Assembly: GCA_000320545.1 (NCBI GenBank)
Contig: ADNK01000904.1
Location: forward strand, 62,001-126,000
Source of the DNA: Bigelowiella natans CCMP2755
Lineage: Eukaryota > Protista > Cercozoa
Length of the DNA: 64,000 nt
Direction: 5' to 3'
Part shown: positions 49,009-62,811 of the stretch, piece by piece
Numbering within the stretch: the first letter of the stretch is position 1
Layout: the number at the start of each line of letters is the position of its first letter
Made by a program: the position numbers and the translations under genes
Notes under the pieces: generated by a model
Database searches by the model: none
Seen by the model: the letters and a program-made list of their open reading frames with translations, nothing else
What the model was told of the DNA's origin: nothing

Positions 49009-50899
49009 GGTTAAATGCTCGTGCATCCATCTCCATCATCATCGTCATCATCATATGATTCTTCTTACGCGTGGTAGTGGCCGGAGTTAGCACTGCCTGA
49101 GTGTAGCACGACAGAGAGCAAGTCATATACGGTCTTCTTTGAGGCCTTCTTAGTCTTGCTGCCTGCTGCTTCTCTTGCTTGGTCATCACCAGTCAGCTCT
49201 TCTTCTCCTTCTTCTTCTTCCACTACTTCAAGCGATAACACTTTCGGGAAGGAGAACCGATCTCCGATCTTGATCCTTTAGCAATACGAGGTAAGTCATC
49301 ACAAAGAAGAGTTCTCGCACACGCTTGAACAGATATGCGTGTATGTGCATGTAAGGAGGCTAGTTATCACCACAGCTCAGCATTACTTTTTGAATTTATT
49401 TTCGGATGTTGGGGTCATCATCATTATCATCATCATCATCTATTCCCACCTTGTATTTCTGTTCCAATCGAACGAGAAACGGTTCATACAAATTGTCAGC
49501 ACTGGCGGCAACTGCATATAAGGTAAGAGACATCAAAATTAATTACATCACATCGCATCGCCCATCATCTGCAACACCAACCAGAGAGATCATAAGCCTA
49601 ATATTCATTTTTCTTTTGGTTTGTTCCCCTCCTCTTCCCCAATCTTTCATCGCATTTTGCTCGATGCTGACCTTCTTCATCCGAAAGCGCTTGATAGCGT
49701 CCACCTTCTTCTGGCAGCAGTAGCATCGGTACTGGTTGCCTCCAGTCAATTGCTCTGGCGCGAGGTATGACTTAAGGCTGTCTTCCAAGGATGGAAATCC
49801 CTGTACGTCGACCGTCAGAGTTCTCTCCACCGTATCGCGCTTGCTGAGAAATTGTAAATGTATTATTCTTAATGTCCCAAATGCTACTTCTTCCTCATCG
49901 TACTCTCATGCGTTCTTCATAAAATTCTTTCGATCCGTACATTTAAATCAAATTGCAAACCACACCTGATATTTCCGCACTCTTTGCATTGCACCTCCTG
50001 AGACACACCAATTTCATAGGTGCGGCTGATGAGGTCACCACCGCTGGTGTTCTTAAGACTCTTCTCGATAGCTTCCAGGAGCACCATGTTGAGCTCCGAA
50101 AGATCGTGTTGCTGCCGCACTTGGTTTTCATTCCATCCGAAGCTGTCTGTTAAATCGCTCGTTTTCACGCTGGTCTCCCGATTCTCTGTCTGGAGCTGTG
50201 AGGAGGAAACCGCAACATAACAAGCTTAATATTTATGTTTATGTATATTTAAATATGTATATGTGTATATTTCTATATATATGCCCCTACCCTCCAACAC
50301 ATAAACACATGCAACCTATTTATATACCTTAGCAAACAGCTGTTGTAGTTCTATTGGTATACGACGCTCTTTTGTGCGCGTCTGCTGGGCTGTACGAACA
50401 CAAGGTACCATCGATTATTGCAGCGTTGACAACAGGGAAAGAAGTATGACCTTCATTTTGAGACGAACCATGATCTTTCAACCCTGTGGGGTTAATTGGG
50501 ATTAATAAGATACTCTCGATCAACACGGGGAAAGTGCTACCAAGTTCGTGTCCGGGAACTCGAAAGATGGCCTCTCTAAACTCTGGGGTCATATACCTAT
50601 TTAACGATAACGTGGGAAGTGGAATGTTTAAGTTTTGATGAATTAATTTTGGCATTCATTGAAAATTGGATTCCTACATCGTTTGCAGGAGAGAATTAAG
50701 GTAGCACGTTGCGCCCCTGTTTACGATCAAGTTCACACACATAAGTTGCTCCATCGAAAATGGATATAATCGCATTCTGGTGAGAACCATCAAGTATTCC
50801 TGACATTGTACATTGGTAGAATAAGGAGGATATTTGACTCAACTGGTTACTGAGCCCCAGGAAGCGTTTGCGTTTGGTCATCCCGGTCTTTGTCTCCAT
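43845..50899 (-). CDS. Ubiquitin carboxyl-terminal hydrolase, peptidase C19, USP47/USP40-like with ubiquitin-like C-terminal regions
   Basis: Cys box GLSNQ|GATCYLNSLLQTM|YMTPEFR; LTDSFGW..QQHDLSEL; His box YDLLSVVLHSGSANSGHY; FDFNDSKV; AYILVYRK; ending DFDSSSEDDED*. Confidence 0.9.
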
Positions 50900-51149
50900 G
50901 TTGAGACACTAAAGCCCAGAGAGTTTCGAAGGCCTTGTGATCGATCGCAGTGAAAATTCCCGTGCTCGCTTTTTCCTGGTGCAAGTACCTCGGGCGTGTT
51001 CGCGGAGATGTCTTGAGAAAGCCGTAATTGTTTATCCGTTGCAAGATCCTAGTAGTCGACATAAATGCTCCCAAATTTCATCAAACAAAGGGCGTTTTGT
51101 CCTTGAGACATTATCAAAAATGAATCTTGATCTATTAATCAAGTTAAGA

Positions 51150-51640
51150 TTCATTGCAGGAGAAGGGCTTGCAGTTGAATTGTTGCTGTCGCTGTTGAGG
51201 TGCTTTCATTGCACACGTGCACTTGTCAGCATGTTGCAAGCACTAGAGCAGTGTGATGACATGCACAGACTCGGCAATCGTTGTTGCATGAAACAATTGC
51301 GCAGTGGGTAGTCAACATGGCAAATCATGCCGCTCATGATTTGACTTGCAGCTGGTGGGCAGATCGCTTGTGAACGCAGATCGCTCATTGTGAACGCAGA
51401 TCGATGCCACAGTGGACAGCTGCGCGAGCGAACACGCTGACCCGCACTCGCATGCTGCATGATTCGCTAGCCACAGCCAGATGACAGGCCTACAACAAGC
51501 ACAAACTCTCCTTGGATGCGAGAGTGCATCGCACTGCACTTGATCAGCGCATCGCTAGATCGTGTCGTCGCCATTGCGGCGCCGTGCATGTGCACGCAGG
51601 GATTTTGTCAGCATGACGATGTGACGATGAAAGCTCACTG
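51150..51640. other. TpA-depleted intergenic tract containing a short direct repeat
   Basis: 5 TpA in about 490 bp (3 CTAG, 1 GTAG, 1 CTAC). ttgtgaacgcagatcg occurs twice at ~51368-51403. Confidence 0.85.
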
Positions 51641-52199
51641 ATACTGGACTGTGTGTGTTAATTGAGAAGCGACACGATGATGATCGAGAGGTCCTCGCAT
51701 GTGCATTTTTGCATTTTTGTCATTTGACTGAGGTCCCATTTCGCTTCAAATCCGCAAGAGCATCTTTTGCAAAATCCATTGCCATTTTTTGGGTCACTTT
51801 CATCATCTCTCCCTAAACCAATTAAGCACAGTACCAATGAATCGAACTTGCTGATGGAAAGACACCACTGTTCTCACCTCCGAGATCGCCTCCCTTGAAT
51901 CATCGCCTGAGGCCCACCTTCGTTGAAATACCAAATTGACGAAATCAAATGTAGCTAGCTCGTGAATTCACATGCTCTCTTCTTTCTTCGGTATGTAAGA
52001 AGGCAAAAAACCTTTGGTAATCCTTTTCTAGTTCACCAAGAAACCATGGAAGGGCGAAGCTGATTATGGAACGCATGAACGTTGTGTAGAAAAATAGAAC
52101 TTTCACTTTTTGTCGATTCAAAGTGCATTAATACAAAACAAATTTGGGTGAGAATTATATTTGACAAGCGGATCAAAAGGGAGAAATAAACAGAAATCC

Positions 52200-53565
52200 T
52201 TAGTTTGGTGCGTACTTCATCATCTTTCCAAGCAGGAACTCCATAACTTTTGTCAACCTGTGAAAAACAAAAATGCAGCCCATTCTTCAGCTTGAAATTG
52301 AAAAATCATAACCATAAAAAGTGCCACAACATGTCGCCATCTCACAAACTAGCAACCGTGGCGGTAAGGTCCAGTCAATGTAGATATTGCAGATCAATTC
52401 AGCTGTCTTTTCATCGACTTCTTTGGCCGTCACCTTTTTTATGGAAATGTGGTAGCAACAGTGCGTCAGAATCAGGATAACTGTAGTAAAAACAGCAAAA
52501 GAGTAATAGCACAACCTTATTTGCCCACTCCATCGTCTGAAATAGTGCGTTAACTTGATTCAGCATCCGTTTGGGCTCCCCAGTGACAGTTATAGAACGA
52601 AGGCGCTGCAAAGCTCCATCTGGGAGCTCTTCAACCTGCATCACTGCTCCGGGCCTCACACGGATGAAACGTAGCATAGACACTTCCCCTTTGGTTGAGA
52701 TGAATGCATTGCAATGTAACAACAGATTGTGATGGCAAGAAACGGGCAAAGGAGAAGAATCTAGTTAGTATCGAAACTCACATGAAGGCGCTGATACATA
52801 TACATAAGCGAAATATTAGGGAATAGGAGCAACATGATCAGTTGATTCAGGCACTTGAAAACCAAAAAAACCTAAAATTGTAAGAGAGATATACCCATGT
52901 CAATGTTAAAGTTCCCGCCTTCACGGGTCACCTGGCTGTGAGAAATTGTATCCAAATTACAAAGATAGCAAACTCCCCCGATCTGCATTCACCCCTCAAT
53001 TTTTTGTTGTAAAGTGATGTGAATACGTGGTACGTACTTCCCATCCAAGAGATTATACTTCTCCGCCGGTAATTTGACATACTCTGAAAGGGGTCGCTCT
53101 CCCTGAAAACCAGGATCACCATCCGATCTCAGAGCGCATAGAATCGGTGAGAAGTGTTGAAAAGTAGATATGTAGTAAATGTATGTGTGGTTCCAACAAC
53201 GTCGCGACCTGCTCCACCCGTTTGCTGAAGGTTAAGTTCAAGTTTAAGTTTTTATCTAACGGGGAGGGAGATGACTTGGACCCTTCGCCACGTACATTTA
53301 AGTGAAACTGCCGTATTAACGGCCTACGTACAGTCCTCAAGCTACAAATATACATAAAAATGAGTCATTAGGTCCTTTTGCACTAAAAATTGAAAATGAC
53401 ACTAAGACGAGTCCCCTACCTCCCCATGAGAATCGAAGGGAATCGGACATTTGCCTTTGGCCTGTCGTAAATGGAGCGCTGCTTTTGTACGCCAATGGTA
53501 TTCCTCGCTGTTCTCACACCTCCGCCTACTGCAAATAGCGCTGTGAGAAGCAGCGCGGCTAGCAT
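52200..53565 (-). CDS. Unknown protein with bipartite leader (signal peptide plus basic transit-like segment); 3' end approximate
   Basis: MLAALLLTALFAVGGGVRTARNTIGVQKQRS (ATG 53565). Later exons GEVSMLRFIRVRPGAVMQVEEL..ITVTGEPKRMLNQV and RLTKVMEFLLGKMMKYAPN*. Confidence 0.5.
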
Positions 53566-53997
53566 CGGCACGTTAGTCGGATGGTGTGTTTTGCTCTGGT
53601 CTGCGGCCGTGGTACTGAGAAGCGGTCGTCGTACTCGGCACGCAACTGTGCATGATGTGATCGATACATGTACAACGACAGGCAGTTCATCGTCGTTCCA
53701 GGTCAAAACCCCCTTGTTTTTACCATTATTACCAATGAACAATGCAAGCAGGAGGACTGGCGCATCGACCAATGACAGGGAGGTAAATGCCCTGCTTTTG
53801 TTGGCGTTCGAACGCGTACTTTCTAGACTTTCCTGGATCGTTTGAGTTGTGCTCTAATAAATTGGGTTGTTCCAAATGTAGGCTGATTTTCACCCTACGA
53901 CAACGTACATAACATATCGCAATGGTCAAATCGATCATTTGTTGATTTGAAAGAAAAGCTCATGTCTGGAACTGTCTCCCCCTCCCCCTAGTCTGGT

Positions 53998-55763
53998 ATG
54001 TCTTCCGCGCCAGAGATACGGGGTGTTCATCTCGCGCCACCGAATGAACGGAAGAAGTACGGATCGTTTGAAGGGGGAACCGAAGAAGCGAAACATGGTC
54101 GTCGCTGCGACCTTTTGTTGCAGTCCTTCATTCACACACCTGAGCAAATATGTCTGCTGTTGTCCGATTAGGAGCGGCCCAGTTGCTATTCCAAAGCTCC
54201 CCGTTTAATCCCGTAGTCAACAGATACGGCCTTTTGTCTTACGATCGAATAAAAGAAATCTCACTTTCTGGAATCTCAACTCCGATGCTCCAGGGCTCGA
54301 AAGCAGGCGATGTTTCGCCGAGGCTCCTAGACGAGGCATCCGTCTCATCCAAAACTACTTTTCGTTCGCTCCTCTCAGTCGCACATACCGCTGTATATTT
54401 ACCACCTGGTGAATGTACAATGGCGATGACGATATTCAATATGGCAAATTGTCTCATTGGCTCAGGAATTCTTGGGTTACCATACGCACTGAAGGTACAG
54501 TTTCAATGATTGCCGCTAAGACCTCTACGCTCACATCAGCGTGTTCATAATAGGTAGGAGGCTGGTTTGGGCTTCTAATAATGTTCTTCACGACCACTAT
54601 CACTGCCTATACGGCGAAGGTAATCGGGAGATGCATTCAGCACCTGCTGGTTAAGTATCCTGGTGCGAACAAAGACAGATATCAAGACATGGCAGAGATG
54701 TGCTGCGAGAATAGGACGTTAGGAAAGATATTCCGAATTATTATAAATATCTCACTCGTACTGGAGCTATGGGGCTCGTGTTGCTCAAGAATAGTGCTTC
54801 AAGGCTCTAACTTGAACAAAGTCTTCCCGTCGTATTCAGAGCAATTTTTTATGGTTCTCTGCACGATTATTCTGATCCCAAGTGTCTTCATCGGCATGGA
54901 GTACTTGGCCTACCTATCCATGGCAGGTCTAACGTCCTCATCCTTGCTACTCGTAGGGATTCTCGCGGCAGGAGTAGATCAAGGCGTCGCGAACGACACA
55001 ATTTTGCTTGATTTGAAGGGCCTTCCGATGACCTTCGGTCTTATTCTCTTCTCCTATGCAGGCCATGCAGTGTTCCCACAGATCTATAGATCGATGGAGA
55101 ACAAGGAAGATTATTCTAGGTCAGTAGATTCGGCATTCTACATCTCCTTCGGCTTTTACGCCTTAATGGCAACTGGGGGCTACCTTTTCTGGGGTGCAAG
55201 TGTGCTCGATCAGGTAATTGTTGTCACTTCGTCTATTTCTTCCCATTCTTTCATTTTAACTTTGATCTTATTACTGAACGGGCGGTGTTGCTCTTCATAC
55301 ACAACAGATAACTCTAAATCTTCCCCAAGGACCTTTATCCCACGCCCTGATCTTGCTGATGGTGCTGAACAACATGCTGTCTTATCCTCTCACCATGACA
55401 GCCCCTATCGAAGCAACAGAGGAAGTTCTTGGTCTCACCTCGATTCGTGTTGCGAAACCCTTCACGTTTTTCGTTGGCAGCCTTATCCTCCGGTCATCGC
55501 TGGTGCTTGGCACCTTGGGAGTAGCACTAGGAGTATCCAACTTTGCTTCAATCGCCACATTTATCGGAGCAGTGTTCACAATGTCTGTTTCTCTGATTTT
55601 TCCAGCCGTGATTCTGCTAAAAATGATGTATTTTAACTTGCCATCAAATCTGAGACAAAGTGAAGGCCTAGGCCTTAGTGAGGTGATTTTTAATTTATTT
55701 CTTATATTTGTTGGAGTCTTCGGAATGATCACTGGGGTAGCATCTATTTTCCATCAAGAATAG
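53998..55763 (+). CDS. Amino-acid transporter, Aa_trans (AVT1/VIAAT-like vacuolar) family, about 4 exons
   Basis: FNMANCLIGSGILGLPYALK|VGGW, FGLILFSYAGHAVFPQIYRSM, GYLFWG and SYPL, with multiple TM helices. Confidence 0.92.
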
Positions 55764-56795
55764 CTGCACGTACATATGTCGTCGTGCCAGCCACGGCCAT
55801 GAAACCCTTCACTTCAAATTTACTCTTTGAAAATGTGATATGAGCAAGCACGGTATTATCAAGAATGTGAGACGGATGTAATGAAGTGGTTGAATCTTTT
55901 CAATAGTCATCCTAATGTAGCTATGCAAAGCAGCGGCTACAGCGCTTAGGTTGTGTCTATTTGTCTCGTCTATTATGTAGTTTATGTATTTAAAAGCATC
56001 TGCATCCTGTCGTTATATCGTCGATGTCGCGCGGTGTTCTGTCAATAAATATGTGTTGTAGCTAGTACGTGCCAACAGCCAATGAAAGCTGTAACAAAGG
56101 AGTCGTGATGTGTGCAGCTTTAGCTAGATCAATAGCCATGATCTCCATTGCACCGCGTTGCTGCACGCACACCGCTAGGATTGCGCACAATGACCATGCA
56201 CGTAGCGCTAGTCATGATCCATATTGTCTACAGCTCGCATCATCACATATACAAAACATAGCACACCTAGTCATCTCATGAGCGCCCGCATGCATGTGTG
56301 TCTAGATGGCGTATAGCGTGGTGTTGCACACAAGAAACAATAGCTATCCATGAAAGGTCTAAAAAAGGTGCCTGCCGTGCGCACCACCGGCCACGCATGA
56401 ATATCTATGCTGAGAGATTGAAATGCTTTCAGAGTCACGAGCAAATGCATGCCTCATCGTTACCGACTGCATTAAGAATATATAGATATCAACAGCAGCT
56501 AACAGTACCGTGAAGATCAAACAATATAGAGTGGTATTTTATTCAGCTCATAAATTTTGCAGTTTTATTAAACATCCTGTCTGCTCTTACTACGTGTAGT
56601 GCTGTCTTGGTTGCTTTGACGTTGACCAGATAACACAGAATTATGACGAATAACATGTTGAGCATTGACTACATTATTTATGGCATGATAGAATCAGCTA
56701 TACTTTTGGTATTCATGAGATTTTAGTTTTAGAGTCATCATCATTCTAGTGCAAAAAAATTAGATATAAAAGTAATCATATATTAATTATTTGTA

Positions 56796-59700
56796 TCAAT
56801 GATTGGCTCCTCCTCCGTCCCCACGTGATGGAGGGTCGTGGTTCTCTGCCTCATTATGTCTTCCTTGGAAAGAGCCATATGAAGGAGCATTTCCTTTCTG
56901 CTCCTCTATCTTTCTCTCCCCTCCGCTCAACATCGACGATTTGAACAGCAACGTCTGGATCTGATGAAGAATGAGTAAGGCGGTGGGGGAGAGGAGATTA
57001 GAAAATCGGAAGAAATACAGGACAAAACACAGTATTACTTAAATTGACAATCTATTTTCATTTATCATGTCACATCGTCATCATCCGCATCATCTATCTA
57101 GTTACAACAGTGCCTGCTAGCCTGACCTCTTTCCAATATAAGGCAAGGCCGAGACCACAGGCAAGCCCCGCAAAGAAGATGAACAGCGTCCAGGCAGCAG
57201 TCACATTCGATACTGCAAGACAGACATCAATATTATATACCATTTGAGGAGGAAAAACACAACTGTTGGAAAACATATGAAAAATAAGGAGAAGAACAGT
57301 CTTGAGAAGGATTGTTGCTGTTCTTTAATGTATAGATGCGGTCCTTTGTTAGCATGTCGTAATCCTTCTCGGTTGTCAAGAAACATTGTTACTACTTACT
57401 ACCGTCGTTTTGCGGTGAGTAGTCAGTGACTTTCCCTGTCGCCCCAGCTCGACCTAATTGAGGTTGGGTTGGCGTTAATAAGCGCTTGCGTGCTGCTGTG
57501 AGGAGAAGAGACATAATATATATGATGGTGGTGATAGTATTTGGATATAGTTGTAAATTAGGATTGCAGTTGCGTTGATGGAGGTGGAGGTGGAGGCGGA
57601 GACATGGCCGCTGGCAACTAATCTTACACACCAGTGTAGTTGTTGTGATACGTCCAAGAGGAAACGCCCTCAAAAGCCCACACGTTCACGCTATCGATTT
57701 TCAGCGCTGCTCCCTCGCCTATTATTATTATTGTTATTGTTGTTATTATTGTTGTTATTGTTGTTATTATTCTTGTTATTGTTGTTATTATTATTATTCA
57801 AAACGGGTGGAGGAGGAGGGGTGAGAGAATCATGAGGAGAAACGAACACAGTCTGCCTCATATTAGAAGCTTCGAGTCTTGATTCTTATTTTTCATGGAA
57901 CATTAACAACGACTAAACAATAGCCATGTCCATACACAAACACACACACGCACGCACGCGCGCACGGTCACACGTAACCATTAGTACCAATTTGGCCATG
58001 TGTGCCATTCTTTGTCCAAGTTGGCATCCAATCGCTCTGTATCACAACAACAACAACAACAACAACAATGACATATAATTATTATTATTATTATTTGCCG
58101 TATTGCAAGGCAAGAGATAGTGGCAATGGTGTGGCGCTACAACAACGCAAGCTGTTGGTTTCGCGTCGGTGATCTATGTGCTGCTGCTGCAGTAATAACA
58201 AACACCTCGGTCATCTATTTGCTGCTGCTGTCATAACACACACCTCAGCAGCGATGAAGTCGGAAAGCGAGGTCGATTCCGTGTTAACCCAAGGCTTGTT
58301 TCCAAGGCCGTCAGGGAAGAAACCCTGCGGCCCAACACCGGCAGTACCTGATAGGCACGATGGTGATGACGATGATGACGATGATGACGATGATGACGAA
58401 TCAATAATGAGAGTATTTATATGTAATCTTTAGCTGATGTTGGTACTGATCCAATATCGATAGATAACTACTACTACTCTGCTATCTCCTACCTCCAATG
58501 GCCAGGTTCAAGATAAGATAAAATTCCTGGCGGGGTAGGGGTAACGACGAGGAGATTGATGAGGAGAGGAGGAGGGGAGGAGAGGGGAGAAGAAAGTACG
58601 TCAGTGCGTGCATTCCGATGGGCACAACACAACATACCACGACGCAAAGCAATTAACGATGCAGGATTGCCACAGGAGTGAACGACATCGAGAATCAACA
58701 AAATGAAACCGAAAACGATGACGACACGCAAGATAGTCGTTTTTCTATTAGATGTTAAAGAGGATAAGGAGGGAGCGTTCACGATAATAAATAAATAAAT
58801 AAATAAATATATGAATAAATATTTCCGTGATGTGGTGTGATGAATACCTGGTCGAAGGGAGCAGAAGGACTAGCGCCTACCCAAGGGTTGGCAAACATCT
58901 TCTTGAATGGAATGTCGCCGGCGCTCTATTATTGTGGAAATTGCAGTATTATTTGGCCGCTACCGCTTCTTCGGCATCATGCATGATCAAACTGATAACG
59001 AAGTACGATAGAATGTGCTAGTGCTCATCACCTTGTCGCTCTTCCATACATCGTTCTTGAGTCCCAGCTTCCAGAAGTAACTTTCTTCAGTGAATTTTAC
59101 CTGCGAGTATTCTTCCTATTAGCGGTAGTAGGAGTAGTAGTAGTGGCAAGCTGCTCGATCTTCTCTTCATCCTATCCTTCGAGAGCCCTCCTCTCTTCCC
59201 TTCCCCCACCCCCCCCCTCCCAGCTATCTCTTTGGAGAACAACGTGACTTACATGATTGACGACGTTGCTGATGTCATCGACGTAGAAGATGATCTCATC
59301 CGGGGACCAGTAGAGCCCGAAAATGTGGAAGCTGTTCGTGCAACGAAGGAAGGAAGAAAGGAAGGCAGGGGGGGAGGATGGAAGCTACTCTCAGTCTCCC
59401 TGAAAGGGACTTTGGCACTACTGCTACTGCTACTACTACTACTACTACTACTACTACCACTCTACTACTGTACTGACTCTTTAGAAAAGTCGGAGGTCTT
59501 GAGCGTGTACGTTCCCATAGTTTCAGCAAATCCATCCACATTATATGCCGGTCCCCAGTGGAGAGTGGCGCCATACGAGTCGCATCCCATGTGCTGCCCA
59601 GTGCTGACGGGGAAGAGGAGGAGGAGGAGAGGAGGAAAGAAAGGAACGTCTACAATCAGCTGATAATCATATTCACTGCTTCCTGTTCAAAGCTAAGGCG

Positions 59701-60009
59701 TGCACACGCAAACGCACACGCAAACGCACACGCAAACGCGCGCGCGCGCGCGCACACACACACACAAAACACATTTTTCTTACTTTGAGATGTATGAAGG
59801 CGCATTTCCCCGGGATTCCATGATGTCGATCTGACACCGTTAACGATCATGATTCACATATTATTATTAAAATTGGAAGAAGAAGGCTTATTTCAGAATA
59901 ATGATTACCTCTCCCGAGTTCGGCCAGGGACCATAGACATTGTCTTGTGGCAACATCCAAATGGCTGACGATAGATACATACGAGGATAATTGATAAGGA
60001 ATGGTGATA

Positions 60010-60040
<31 letters not shown>

Positions 60041-60132
60041 TGAAGATGATGGGCCCAAATAACATGCGTTTTGCAACAACTAACACGTCATCATCGAGCT
60101 GCTGGGTGTTTCTCTACTACCACTACTACCTT

Positions 60133-60164
<32 letters not shown>

Positions 60165-60238
60165 GCCACTGAGACTTGCCTGGCCATAGCCAGTCCCCCC
60201 TTGGTAGTGTAGCTCGGACTTCCACCTGACGACGCAGC

Positions 60239-60276
<38 letters not shown>

Positions 60277-61893
60277 GCAAGTACTTCAGTTCTCTATGTC
60301 GCTCAGCCTCCTCCTCTTTCTCCTCATCGTCATCGTCACGAAGAGATGTCGATAAAGCAAAACAGAACAAACACGGCAGTACGTTTTCCGCCATCATCCA
60401 TTCAATCAAGCTAAGCTGCTGATTACCCTTCCATACTTAATGCTGAACGACTCGGCGGTCCGCACTCGTGAGCTCTGTAAGTAGTTCACTGGGTTGTCCT
60501 GCGTGGCGATACGCTCGCAGCCTGTAGTGGTACACGTTGGCTATGTTTGAGGGGGGGCATGCTGCACACATTGGTAATATACAAGAAACACTCCAGGATA
60601 CACCTAGTTTGTCTAGAGAATTTTAAGACCCAGGAGGGAATGAAAGAGAGAATAATCTAGGGAGGAAGCAATTCTCACCAAAGAACTGGTTGCCAGTACA
60701 CGTATCCGCAGGTGTAGATCCTTAACAACAAACAAACAGCAATCAAAGACTGAAACGATGACCAATGGGATAAGACGATGTAATTTCATATTTGGTATGA
60801 TTCGTCGCCTCGTTGTTACATGCTGTTTTCTAGCGCACAGTTCGGTATTGAAGAGTACATAAGTGGTATAATACTCTGCTATTAATTATTACCCCACATG
60901 TCTACACGATTCATCGCCCACTGAGGCTGCCCTCCTACAGCTGGGTTGTCACCGACAACCAACTAGAGAGATATTCCATCAATGCACAATATCACATCAC
61001 CTTGTTTCTCAAAGTGGACAAATGGAGGTTGGATTAGACCAACCGACATAGTGCTCAGTAATGATCTCGAAAATAAATTGAAAGCAATGAAGATGAATTA
61101 GCTAGACCTTCTTTCCATAGACATCCGACGTGAGGGTCGGCTTCATGAATAGGACCTGCATAATTCGGGAAATCATTACTTTCAATAGCCATCTAAGTGT
61201 GTGATTTGGTAGGTCACAAAGTGGCCTGAGTTTTCGCAATTGCCATCATAATTCCCCGCTCTCCTCTTTTTATTTATTCATTCGTGCTTACAAACCCCAT
61301 CTCTGACGTATGAGTTACGCCTGGAGTTGACGTACATTTCGAACTCCCAATTTCCACCTATATACAACAATGTAGAGGTGACTACATGCAACACGCAGAT
61401 TTCCCTGCGAAAGGGTTAAAGCGTTGCTCCACGCGTGAAACTACCTCCTCCCATCGTCAGTTCGTGTTTCCATTTCCGCATATTCCTTGTTTGTATTTAG
61501 TAGGTTAGTGGAATTTGCGAATTCATTTGTAAAAAAAAGGGTTGAGCATGTGTTCTCACAGTTCATTGAAGTCGTCATGAAATACAAGGATCTCGTTGTA
61601 GTCTCCCACAGCACTGCAATATGTAAATCAAACTGTTAGGAAGATGAAATGAATTTTAGTTCTGTAACTATGTGGAGGAAGTGGCTGTGGTTTTCGAAGA
61701 GAGGTGAACCTGGCTCCTGTTAGGCATAGGGCCAGTGTCAACAAGGGTTTCAATGCGGCAGACGCACTGTTTTGCATCTTTTCTTCTTATCTGTTCCAGA
61801 GAAGATTTGTACAAACACGACGTTTATCAGCAATTTAGACGTCATGCGACTTAGGGCCGGAGATAAATATCGTAACACGAATCGAAGCACCAT
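56796..61893 (-). CDS. GH16 beta-1,3-glucanase (laminarinase/beta-glucan-binding type) with C-terminal TM anchor; 5' end approximate
   Basis: Exons GGNWEFEMY, SRVRTAESFSIKYGR|VEVRATLPRGDWLWP|AIWMLPQDNVYGPWPNSGE|IDIMESRGN (catalytic EIDIME), TLHWGP, APFDQ|EFYLILNLAIGG. TM segment WTLFIFFAGLACGLGLALYW. Confidence 0.9.
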
Positions 61894-62811
61894 ACACTTG
61901 ATGGCAAATGGGAAAAGTATCGATACGATCATTGCACAACATGGCAAGAAAGTTGATGTTCATCAAACTTGAACGTAGCGTGTGTTCTTTAATCTTAGTG
62001 GAGAGAGGAGATTTCATCGTATGACCAAAAACAATCATCACAAAAAACAATCCAATCGTATCGATCCGATTGGTGTCGGGGTGGTTGCGGCCCAAAGTCC
62101 GTGAGTCTCACCGTTGCAGTGATACGAAGTCAGGGGGGGGATGGCACAGTGATCCGGCAAATTTGGGGAATTGGATGTGGTATTGGGAGTGCGACTTAGA
62201 AAACTCTTAGTTCAGATACGAGAAGTCACCTAGAAGCAGTCAGAAGCAGGACCTTTAACACTCTGTTTTCTCCTAGACTTAAAACGAACCCTGCATTTCT
62301 CCTCCTTCACAGCGTATCTCACTGAGACGTAATGAGAAAACACAAGGTCTTCGCCGTGCTGCGACAAGTATCAGGTTGGCGCCTTTTCCAGGTGCGAGTA
62401 CTATTGCGGAAGAAGTGGGGAGAAAAAATGCAGGAGAAACCGGGAAGAAATCGGTCTCGTTGCAGCTATTTCCGAGAAATCAAGATCGTGTAGGGGGTGT
62501 AATGTAGAATGATATCTGTCTAATTTTTATCGTGTAAACATCTAGATCTAGTGATGAATGAATGTTGTTGCCATTATTGTTGTTTATGGCAAATTGCACA
62601 AAGAGCCCACAACCTACACCTACTGTCCGACGACGACGACGTTGGTGGTGGTGGTGGTGGTGGTACCGTACTATCGGCCTTCTATCGTAATACAAGGTCG
62701 TATCCTAGTTGAGGGGACCCAACTCTTGGCATTAAATCAAGTTTTTATAGCATTGATTTCGCTTTGTTCCAGTCATAAAAACAAGCCGAGGTGGCTTTCC
62801 GACTACACCAG

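Noticed and set aside
43845-50899. Neighbouring USP as the protease that cleaves the LKIRGG leader
   Set aside because: It has no signal peptide and looks like an ordinary cytosolic USP47/40-type enzyme. Adjacency in a eukaryotic genome is not evidence of function.
53280-53310. LNVRGEG in the 53565 minus-strand leader as a second RGG-type cleavage site
   Set aside because: It is not a di-glycine, and the segment may overlap a splice donor (gtacgt), so the evidence is too weak.
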